Of a stretch of 64,000 nt of DNA, positions 38,131 to 45,823 are shown piece by piece (position 1 is the first letter of the stretch; each line of letters opens with the position of its first letter). Source of the stretch: a virus; IMG/VR virus record IMGVR_UViG_3300028840_003497, positions 112,268 through 176,267 of that record, one strand, 5' to 3'. The position numbers and the translations under genes were made by a program. The notes below the pieces were generated by a model, which was not told the DNA's origin, made no database searches, and worked only from the letters and a program-made list of their open reading frames with translations.

Positions 38131-38496
38131 CTACGACGTGACCATCTGAACGATCACTGGATTGGTCGGATCCGTCGTCCCAGGGGTACCGGGGGCCGTC
38201 ACAACCGCAAACGAAAGCGCCGCAAAGTCAAGCCCATCCGGACAGACAATCTGTCTCCGCTGATTGACGGGAACCTTGAAAATAAAGTCCGGGTCCGACG
38301 TGCCAACTGTCGGAGCCGCGTCGTCGTATATCTTCAGATACGCCACGTCCGCCGGGTTGCCACGATTGTCAATGTCCAACATGTAAAGGGTTCCGGCTGC
38401 CCCCGTGACGTTCGTCTCAGGCGTCGCGTTGGCTTCCGTGTCCTTGATTAATTTAGTCCCGACTGGCGAGACCTGTGTCGATACTGAAAGTGTCAT
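38131..38496 (-). CDS. small beta-rich protein, probably virion-associated
   Basis: AGTLY...I.N.....YLKIYD.A.PTVGT..PD pattern. Confidence 0.55.
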   Translation of the reverse strand: MTLSVSTQVSPVGTKLIKDTEANATPETNVTGAAGTLYMLDIDNRGNPADVAYLKIYDDAAPTVGTSDPDFIFKVPVNQRRQIVCPDGLDFAALSFAVVTAPGTPGTTDPTNPVIVQMVTS

Positions 38497-38551
38497 ACCT
38501 TACCTCCAAGACCCATGGCACCATCGCCACGTTTCTTCTCTATGAATTCCT

Positions 38552-38869
38552 TCACATCTTTTTCCCTGTATCGGGATCAATCCCGCTCAGAACCATCCTC
38601 TGTGTCTCCAGGATCATCAGCATATCGTCCGCTGCTTCGGAGATCGTTCTGAAAAGTACTGCCACCTCTTCTCCGTCTCCATCCGGCATATCGAACAAAT
38701 TCTTGTTCTTCTTGAATCGGCTGTACTTGTCGTCCGCCCATGATCCTACATCATCAACCTTGTCCATCAGCTTCTGGAGCCGCTTGGCCTCTTTAGGATC
38801 CGGATCAGAAAAAGCGTCCGGGCCAACTTTGCGTTTTTCTTCCAATTTTTTCTAGATAATTTTCTTCAT
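38552..38869 (-). pseudogene. MKKII-family gene with in-frame TAG at codon 6
   Basis: AGGAGG RBS, ATG AAG AAA ATT ATC TAG AAA AAA TTG GAA; neighbour reads MKKIIEKK. Confidence 0.6.
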
Positions 38870-38878
38870 AGTACCCTC

Positions 38879-39145
38879 CTATTTCAGCAGCCCCTCGAAC
38901 TGATCGAGCAAGATGCCAGCTTCGTTAAGATGATCAATCGCCGTAAGCAGGTTGCCATCCAATTCCTGAAGATCCATAGAGTCCATCCCCCACTTCACAC
39001 GTCCCGCACGGTCGACCTGACCCTGCACAAACTTGGCGTCCGATGCAGCTCTCTTCACGCGCTCCGAGAGCTTGGAGACCGTCTTGGCAAACGACCCGGC
39101 GCGAGCCTCCGCCAGACCCTCTTTTTTCTCGATAATTTTCTTCAT
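38879..39145 (-). CDS. putative internal head protein (MKKIIE family)
   Basis: MKKIIEKKEGLAEA. Confidence 0.6.
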   Translation of the reverse strand: MKKIIEKKEGLAEARAGSFAKTVSKLSERVKRAASDAKFVQGQVDRAGRVKWGMDSMDLQELDGNLLTAIDHLNEAGILLDQFEGLLK

Positions 39146-39435
39146 TATTTACTCCTCTGATCAACGTTTTCCGCCCAGTCACGAAGCGTCTGATTCGCAT
39201 CTTTGAGCGTCTTGATCGCAGAATTGATCTTGGTCTCCAATGCAGACGCTTCCTTGTCTGGAACCTTCCATTTAGATCGCGCTCGCAAGCTCATGTTCGA
39301 GATCACCGAGGAAGCCTCACTGGCAGCCTCCTTAAGACGATCAGCTGTTTTCTCGATATCCTTACCAAGATTCGTGGTAGACATGGAAACACGATGTCCT
39401 GCTTTGCGAGACTTCTTCTCTATCAGTTCTTTCAT
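39145..39435 (-). CDS. putative internal head protein (MKELIE family)
   Basis: MKELIEKK; helical body similar to 38879-39145. Confidence 0.6.
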   Translation of the reverse strand: MKELIEKKSRKAGHRVSMSTTNLGKDIEKTADRLKEAASEASSVISNMSLRARSKWKVPDKEASALETKINSAIKTLKDANQTLRDWAENVDQRSK

Positions 39436-40037
39436 TATTTCCTCTTCATTTCTGCCTGAACGGTAACCGTCAATGGAACCCACACCTCGGTCCTTCCGCT
39501 CGGCCACTTGCGCCGCGTAGGATCGATCATCGTGCCACTCGTACGAATACCAGCAATTTTCACGTTTGGTTTAGTCCATGATTTACGCTCGCTCCATCCA
39601 ACGACTCGCCACACCCAGTTGTCAGGATCTCCAAACCACTTGTGCAACTGCTGCCCCAGAGTCTTGGTCGCGCCTTTTACGCTCGTTCCAAACGCGTCTT
39701 TCATGGCCTTGACGTTCTTGGAGTCTGTCCCTGCGATGTTAAAGTAGTGGTTAGAGGATGCCGCATCAATAGTCGCCCCTGCACCTCCACCCTTGCCGGG
39801 CTTTAACTCCAGATCAAACTTAAAAATCGTCCCACTCTTCGTGTCCTTCTTTTTGAGACGTTTGATGTTGATATCGCCATCAAATCCAGCTTTGATCGCG
39901 GGCTTACCACCAGTCGATTTGTCACCGTTAGGAAGAATGCCCTTTGACAAAAAATTCTTCGCCTGATCGTATTCCTTACCCTCCATCAACGGTTCCACGC
40001 CGATGAACTGACCGAGTTTTTCCATGAGTTTTTTCAT
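39435..40037 (-). CDS. putative internal head protein
   Basis: MKKLMEKL...PLMEG; Lys-rich. Confidence 0.6.
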   Translation of the reverse strand: MKKLMEKLGQFIGVEPLMEGKEYDQAKNFLSKGILPNGDKSTGGKPAIKAGFDGDINIKRLKKKDTKSGTIFKFDLELKPGKGGGAGATIDAASSNHYFNIAGTDSKNVKAMKDAFGTSVKGATKTLGQQLHKWFGDPDNWVWRVVGWSERKSWTKPNVKIAGIRTSGTMIDPTRRKWPSGRTEVWVPLTVTVQAEMKRK

Positions 40038-40046
40038 AACAGACTC

Positions 40047-40448
40047 CTAATTCATACCAACATAATAGCCGAGTTTCGTCCACCCTGTCTTGCCATAGAC
40101 ATCCTTGACCATCTGAATCGCAGCAACCGTTGATGCCTCTCGGACCGGCGTGTCATCAGCTCCAACAGTATCATACTTCCTATGAACCGGAGATATGATT
40201 TTAGTGTAAAGCTTCCCAGCAATGGGTCCGGCGACTTTCGTGTCGTACTCCGGAATCTTCGCCAGTTTTGAACGAATGGCTTTCTTGAATTTCGCCATGG
40301 CCGAATTGAGTTCCGACACTGCCTTGGAGACAAGAACTTCCTCTTGCTTATCCTCCGGCTCGTACAACCCCCAGAATTTCCAATCCGCCTTCGGAATCCA
40401 GCCCTTCTGGGACTCTTCTAATTTTCTGTCGATTAGTTTACGCATCAC
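40047..40448 (-). CDS. putative internal head protein
   Basis: MRKLIDRKLEES. Confidence 0.6.
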   Translation of the reverse strand: MMRKLIDRKLEESQKGWIPKADWKFWGLYEPEDKQEEVLVSKAVSELNSAMAKFKKAIRSKLAKIPEYDTKVAGPIAGKLYTKIISPVHRKYDTVGADDTPVREASTVAAIQMVKDVYGKTGWTKLGYYVGMN

Positions 40449-40729
40449 GACATTCCATGTTTTTTGAGAAGCGTAGCGACGGATTTCCCAGTCGCGTCCG
40501 TCTCCCTGGTAATCACCATCCGGACAAACGCCTTGTTGTTTTTTGAATCGAATGTCATCGACGCCTCGTCTTCACCGGCATCGATATACACCTCGTCGGT
40601 GGCCCGATGAACCCGACGGAACCGCTCTGCCTTTAACTCCTGCCGGACACGCTCCGCCGTCTTCTCATCATCGGCCCACCTGTCCTCGCGGCTTATCTTT
40701 TCGATTAAATCTCTCATGAAATCCTCCAT
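40445..40729 (-). CDS. putative internal head protein
   Basis: MRDLIEKISRE. Confidence 0.55.
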   Translation of the reverse strand: MEDFMRDLIEKISREDRWADDEKTAERVRQELKAERFRRVHRATDEVYIDAGEDEASMTFDSKNNKAFVRMVITRETDATGKSVATLLKKHGMS

Positions 40730-40767
40730 GTTTTCAAGAGCTTACAACCCTGAAAGGTGTTTGTCAA

Positions 40768-41166
40768 CTATCTCTCCCGCTCCTGCCAGGCCCTGGAAAT
40801 CTTGCGTGAAATCTCCCGAACTTCATCGGCAGCATCACCCAACCCCTCCTTCTCCAGGAGATGAATAGTCCACCCCAGTAGCGAACCTGGATCGTATTTA
40901 TTCAGTTTAGGCTGAGATTTCTCTACCAACAATTCGCCGGTCGCACTCTCAATGACAATATCCCCGCTCCACCGATGGCCGTTCTCGCATTCATTCCCGT
41001 GCCCTCGCCGGAACTGATCCAAGCTGTGAGGAAGAACTCTGGATGAGCAACGACACCCAGACACTTTGGCCCCTCCACAAACAGGACATCCGACTTTCTC
41101 GACCTTCGAATTTTCGATGCTCACTAAATCAGACATCTTCTCAGAAAGTAGTCTTATGGTGTTCAT
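40768..41166 (-). CDS. zinc-ribbon protein
   Basis: CPVCG...CRC...CENGH.W. Confidence 0.6.
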   Translation of the reverse strand: MNTIRLLSEKMSDLVSIENSKVEKVGCPVCGGAKVSGCRCSSRVLPHSLDQFRRGHGNECENGHRWSGDIVIESATGELLVEKSQPKLNKYDPGSLLGWTIHLLEKEGLGDAADEVREISRKISRAWQERER

Positions 41167-42881
41167 AATTTCCTCGTCGCCACAAGTGCCAACTTGCGCG
41201 CGTTCTTGGCTTTCTTTAGATCCTTGGCCGACTGGGAGTGTATTGCAACACGGAACGACTCAGCGGCCTTCTCGTGACTCTCAGCGGCCTCTAGTGCCAT
41301 CTCAGCATCGACACCGTTTTTGTTCTTGGCCTGTTTCCGGAGGTAGATCGCGTCCTGCTCGTGCCAGCCCATCATCTGCTCGGCCTCGCGAAGCTTCTTG
41401 CTCGACACGCCCTCACAGAACACGGCCAAATTCTCGGCCAGAATCTCCAATTCATTCTCAGGACCCACACTCTCACGTATTGCGCTCCGCAACCGATCTA
41501 CATGCGGACCCTTGAGCCGACCAAGGACGTAAAACGCGAAGTTCTCGGCGAATTCTTCCTCAGCATTCCGCGACGCGTAGTCAGTAGAAAATTCTGCCTT
41601 CTTAAAATTTCGTGCCCACTGCCTACGCTGCGCGCCGCTCATAAACCTAGCCCAATACCTGTGCGCCATCTCGTGCAGGAGGTCCTTCGCTCCCACACCG
41701 GCGTACATAAAATCCTTGGGTTTGGAGTAGATATGAATCTTATCAGCCCCTGGTAAATAGGCTGCTGACGCCTGCCATGTCTTTCCTGTCTGACCACCAA
41801 GCCACGATTTCGCTGCATCCTTGCCGATCTTGCGCTGCCCCTTGGAACGGCCTTTCACAACGATTACACCGTACCACAACTTTCCAAACCCCTTCTTATT
41901 TAAGAGTTTCTGAGTCCGGATTGCCTCCTTAACATACTGATGCAGTTGCTTCGGACTGCGCTGAACGTCCTGGCCACCTTTTTTCGCATTCGCTGGATTC
42001 ATCTCTATCGGAAGCGTATCCAGAACTAAAGTAACCTTTCCGATCTTCGCCTCTGGAAGCGCCTCGTAAAAACCAGAAAGTTTCACACCATCCTTGTTTA
42101 GACTATCCTGCGCCTTCTTCATAGGAAGGAGTATTTCTTTCTCTATCTTCTTGAGTTGGTTGAAAATCTCATCAAGAAGTACGCGATCAACACGCTTTAC
42201 TTTATCCCTGGTCCGTTGGAACAACGCGCGCCAGAAAGACTGCCCATCCTCCGCAGTTATTTTTTCGAAATCATTGCACCCCTTGGACATATAATCTGCA
42301 ATTCCCCAGATCATGTTTTCGACATCGTCTATCTTATAAATCAAACGCGCCTGGAAATTTCGCAAATCGTACGCTTGGACAGTCCCATCCGTATTCATCA
42401 TGGCGTATTGGCCACCGTACTCTTTGTGATCCTTTGTCTTTTTTCCAGATCCTTTATATGGCCAAAAACCCTGAACATATAGCAAATTGTCACGGAGCCT
42501 CCGGATCCGGGTGATCCCCTCGGCCAGAAATTTGTACGCATCACAAATGTGCTTCCGATCGTAATAATCCATGTCTGGGAGGGCCTTCTTCTCGCCCTTT
42601 TTCCACTGCAACCACCATTTCCGAACGCCTTTGATCCACTCCTGAGTTATCTTTTCCTCGATCAGCACTCCCATCGTGCCGGGCTCAGCGGCCTCCGCCT
42701 TGGAAATCCAACAATCGAAATCCGGGCTCTTGCATACGTTTTTGTAAATGGTGGTCACCAAAGAGTAGAACTTATCGGGATCGCTCTTTTCGAGCCCCGC
42801 ACCATATTCCTTTGCAACGATACCCTTCGCCTTTTTCCAGGCTTTTTCTCCGTCCGGCGTTCTTACAAAATTAGCTGGCAT
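41163..42881 (-). CDS. multidomain protein with C-terminal zincin metallopeptidase domain
   Basis: LLHEMAH.YW ... STDYA..NAEEEFAE.FA.YV; N-terminal E..W.KAK......Y...Y..VT.IYK module. Confidence 0.75.
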   Translation of the reverse strand: MPANFVRTPDGEKAWKKAKGIVAKEYGAGLEKSDPDKFYSLVTTIYKNVCKSPDFDCWISKAEAAEPGTMGVLIEEKITQEWIKGVRKWWLQWKKGEKKALPDMDYYDRKHICDAYKFLAEGITRIRRLRDNLLYVQGFWPYKGSGKKTKDHKEYGGQYAMMNTDGTVQAYDLRNFQARLIYKIDDVENMIWGIADYMSKGCNDFEKITAEDGQSFWRALFQRTRDKVKRVDRVLLDEIFNQLKKIEKEILLPMKKAQDSLNKDGVKLSGFYEALPEAKIGKVTLVLDTLPIEMNPANAKKGGQDVQRSPKQLHQYVKEAIRTQKLLNKKGFGKLWYGVIVVKGRSKGQRKIGKDAAKSWLGGQTGKTWQASAAYLPGADKIHIYSKPKDFMYAGVGAKDLLHEMAHRYWARFMSGAQRRQWARNFKKAEFSTDYASRNAEEEFAENFAFYVLGRLKGPHVDRLRSAIRESVGPENELEILAENLAVFCEGVSSKKLREAEQMMGWHEQDAIYLRKQAKNKNGVDAEMALEAAESHEKAAESFRVAIHSQSAKDLKKAKNARKLALVATRKL

Positions 42882-42893
42882 TTCTCTTTTTTC

Positions 42894-43274
42894 TTACCCT
42901 TTCAAGAGCCCTTTTATTACAGCTTTTAATATCACGCCGAGAGCACTTCCAACAACAGAAAAGAAATCCTTAGCCCTGGATTTCTCGTCAGCTTCCATGT
43001 TTTGCAGCAGCGCCAGAGCGTCACTACGAGCCTTCAAGGAGGCAAATGACAGGTCCGGCGACTTCCCGTTGCTCAAATCATCAACGGCCTTCTGGACGCG
43101 CTCCACGCCCTCCCAGCCGTACTTCTCGACGGCATCGCCCAGCATATCCACCACGGCGCGCTTCCAGGGTTCGTCCATCTGGCTCTGGAGCTTGTCCATT
43201 GCCTCTTCGGCCTTCTTCATTCCGACAACACCCGCGCTCCTAACCATATTCTTTAACAGTTTATCCCACTCCAT
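42894..43274 (-). CDS. hypothetical helical protein
   Basis: 126-aa ORF with amphipathic C-terminus. Confidence 0.65.
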   Translation of the reverse strand: MEWDKLLKNMVRSAGVVGMKKAEEAMDKLQSQMDEPWKRAVVDMLGDAVEKYGWEGVERVQKAVDDLSNGKSPDLSFASLKARSDALALLQNMEADEKSRAKDFFSVVGSALGVILKAVIKGLLKG

Positions 43275-43277
43275 GGA

Positions 43278-43454
43278 TTACCTCCCCTTTTTGAACTTCT
43301 TCTCGAACGGGGCCTTGCCGGGACACCGGACAAGCACCGTTTCGCTATCGATTTTTTTCACATCACAACGTGGATACCGCTGCTTGGCGTAATTCACCAT
43401 CGGATTGCACCCGCTCAGCATCACCACTAGGACCATCGCCAATAAACGCATCAT
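43278..43454 (-). CDS. small lipoprotein (absent from ORF track)
   Basis: MMRLLAMVLVVMLSGC lipobox; 58 aa; fills the gap exactly. Confidence 0.65.
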   Translation of the reverse strand: MMRLLAMVLVVMLSGCNPMVNYAKQRYPRCDVKKIDSETVLVRCPGKAPFEKKFKKGR

Positions 43455-43918
43455 CACTCTCCCGCGTCGACTCCTGCATCCCCACCGTAGTCAAGTTCGT
43501 CCGGGATCGGTTGAGGCTCGCTAATACCTTTTTCCGCCTTCGGACAGAGCGACGAAACATCAGGAATCTCCGGTGGCTCCTTCGGCGGGCGCTTCTCATG
43601 GAGTCCACCAAGGTATTCCATAAAAAGAAGATGATACTTCATCCGGTACTGCACTACGAGAATCGTCTCGGCGAGATTCTGGCACTCCTCAGATGTAAAG
43701 CCCCGGACGCCGAGCACCTCGTCGCAGACACAGTACTCATCGATCATTGCCATGCCACGCTCCACCTGTTCAGTGGCAGCCGCCTCCATGAAGTTGACCT
43801 CCGCAGAGTAAACCTCTGAATCCCGGACAGACCCGGAACAGCTTAACAAGACTATAGCAACTAGAATCGTCGCAATCAAAATACCCAGTTCGCGGAAGCA
43901 CTGATCGTACATCCTCAT
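43454..43918 (-). CDS. lipoprotein
   Basis: Signal peptide with LLSC; C-terminal DAGVDAG. Confidence 0.65.
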   Translation of the reverse strand: MRMYDQCFRELGILIATILVAIVLLSCSGSVRDSEVYSAEVNFMEAAATEQVERGMAMIDEYCVCDEVLGVRGFTSEECQNLAETILVVQYRMKYHLLFMEYLGGLHEKRPPKEPPEIPDVSSLCPKAEKGISEPQPIPDELDYGGDAGVDAGE

Positions 43919-43934
43919 CGGACACCTCCCTCCC

Positions 43935-43950
43935 GCGAACTTGAGTTCGT
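43935..43950. promoter_or_regulatory. 16-bp quasi-palindrome GCGAACTTGAGTTCGT (one of five identical copies)
   Basis: Copies at 18955, 23770, 25873, 43935, 58731 in both orientations. Confidence 0.75.
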
Positions 43951-43956
43951 CGCGGG

Positions 43957-44199
43957 TTATGAAATCGTGCCCGGGGCTGTACCGCTCCCGGGCTCCACGT
44001 CGGTCACCTCGACCTCCGTGTTGGCGACTAAATAATCAATAATCGCCGCCGCCTCCAGATTGATCGCTTTCGCATCATCCTTCAGTGGATATTTCTTTCC
44101 CCATGCCTCTTTCCGGGCATCTGCAATTTTCCCGGCGAGACCTGTTCCTTTCATCGCATCTCCAGCTTCAAGCGCCATCAGATTTCTCAACTTTCGCAC
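43957..44199 (-). CDS. small virion-associated protein
   Basis: AII.Y...N.EV....V..G.GT..GTI ending resembles spike-tip-region proteins. Confidence 0.45.
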   Translation of the reverse strand: MRKLRNLMALEAGDAMKGTGLAGKIADARKEAWGKKYPLKDDAKAINLEAAAIIDYLVANTEVEVTDVEPGSGTAPGTIS

Positions 44200-44488
44200 T
44201 CTTGAGGGCTTCCTCTAACAACTTCAGGGCCGTGCTCATCGCCTGCGCTGCAGACCCACCATGGGCAGCAGCGAGCACCTCAAACGCGTCCCAGGTTGCC
44301 CTCGGCATCATCACCATAATCAACTCATCGGGATTGGGATCCTCGTCCCCTTCACCCGACAGAGGCCGTATTTCTCGCTCAGGAAATTCCACTTCTTCAC
44401 GATCCTTGTAGCCGTCGCCCGGCTTCGGATCCTTCGACTTAGAACCCTGACGTTCGATTACACGCCCCTTTTCAGCTTTCATCCCCAT
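44168..44488 (-). CDS. hypothetical protein (possible ribbon-helix-helix C-terminus)
   Basis: IMVMMP...W..F..LA...G.S....M..AL. Confidence 0.5.
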   Translation of the reverse strand: MGMKAEKGRVIERQGSKSKDPKPGDGYKDREEVEFPEREIRPLSGEGDEDPNPDELIMVMMPRATWDAFEVLAAAHGGSAAQAMSTALKLLEEALKSAKVEKSDGA

Positions 44489-45255
44489 CCGTCTAGTCCG
44501 TTCTTACTACGATTACCACCAGGAGCAGGAGGATCGGCCTCGGTACTATCCCAAATGCTTCCAGGGTATTGAAATTTAGGATCCTGATTAAAACCAGCCT
44601 GAATAATAACATTATTGATCGGATCCTGCACGACCTGCTTAAAAGTCAGCGACACCGACGCCCGTCGCGGAGTGCCATCTGGGAAGGCCAGGATGTAGTT
44701 TACATCGCAAGCAGTCATCACCGCATAAATCACATCGCTCGCATCGGTGTCTGAAATCCGCGATCCAGGAACTGATAAAATCGCAATAGGAGGCGGGAAT
44801 ACCGACCGGTAACCCTCAACATCCTTATAGCTTGGATAGCAAAACGCGCGCAGGTATTTAATTTCTGCCGCGACATCCACGTTGTATGGGCGATTATCCT
44901 TTAAATACTCAGAGTTCGGTGTATTGAGCTGGAAAGGATCAAGGATCGTCTCAAACGTATTCCGATCACTGACCGGCTTCATGAACCGATGGAAGTGAAC
45001 TTCGAATGTGATCGTGCGACCACCATTACTGGCCCACTGCGCGAGCGAGTGCGACGCACCAGGGATGTCTTTAAAATTCCACCCGATCTCAATCGTGTCA
45101 GCGATCGACTCCGGCCAAAACTGAAAAGTTCTTTCCGGGAGCATCACTGTCTGATCTGTTGGGCTCACTCCGGCGATGGACATGGCTTTGTAATCCATGC
45201 CCTCTGGGCCGTACAGCATAGCCTCAGTTAACGCTCCTATAACTCCAAATGCCAT
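44479..45255 (-). CDS. contractile tail tube-initiator-like protein (CIS tube N-terminal family)
   Basis: FQFWPESI, GGRTITF, PPP, V.Y...FPDGTP.RASVSLTF.Q. Confidence 0.7.
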   Translation of the reverse strand: MAFGVIGALTEAMLYGPEGMDYKAMSIAGVSPTDQTVMLPERTFQFWPESIADTIEIGWNFKDIPGASHSLAQWASNGGRTITFEVHFHRFMKPVSDRNTFETILDPFQLNTPNSEYLKDNRPYNVDVAAEIKYLRAFCYPSYKDVEGYRSVFPPPIAILSVPGSRISDTDASDVIYAVMTACDVNYILAFPDGTPRRASVSLTFKQVVQDPINNVIIQAGFNQDPKFQYPGSIWDSTEADPPAPGGNRSKNGLDGWG

Positions 45256-45264
45256 CAGCTACCC

Positions 45265-45822
45265 CTATTCATATTCCATATGGCCTGAGATTAACGATAC
45301 CACAAACGCAGCGAATTCGTCAGGTTGCATATCTCGTACACCCTGCTCAACGATACTCATGTTAACTTCGCTGAATTTTCTCGGCGGCTGTGCGATACCC
45401 TCTGTTGCCTTAATATCTCTCGCTGCAGCCCTGGCCGCAATAATCCTCATCGGCAATGGAACCGGAGCGTCCTCCGTCTTGGTAACAGGGGCAGTCGGAA
45501 CCGGCCCAACAACCTCACCATCACCCAACTCGTCGAGCTGCGTGGCAATTCCATCACGGATCGTTGTGATCGATATGATCATCGAATCCAACTCTGCACT
45601 TGCCGTCGGATCTTCGTCCTCATACGCATCGCCCTCTTCCGTCTTGAAATTCTCGAACAAAATAATACTGGCGTCGAGTCTACTTTTAAGACCCTTTGCG
45701 ATCAACTTCGAAATCGACTTCCGCCGAGTGAACGAGTGCAGCAGGGAAGGAAGCACTTCCACCTCTGACAACACCTGCTGCTTGCTCGTCTGCCCCGTGA
45801 TTTTTTTGTACTTAATACTCAT
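45265..45822 (-). CDS. hypothetical protein
   Basis: MSIKYKK start just after upstream stop. Confidence 0.6.
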   Translation of the reverse strand: MSIKYKKITGQTSKQQVLSEVEVLPSLLHSFTRRKSISKLIAKGLKSRLDASIILFENFKTEEGDAYEDEDPTASAELDSMIISITTIRDGIATQLDELGDGEVVGPVPTAPVTKTEDAPVPLPMRIIAARAAARDIKATEGIAQPPRKFSEVNMSIVEQGVRDMQPDEFAAFVVSLISGHMEYE

Positions 45823-45823
45823 C

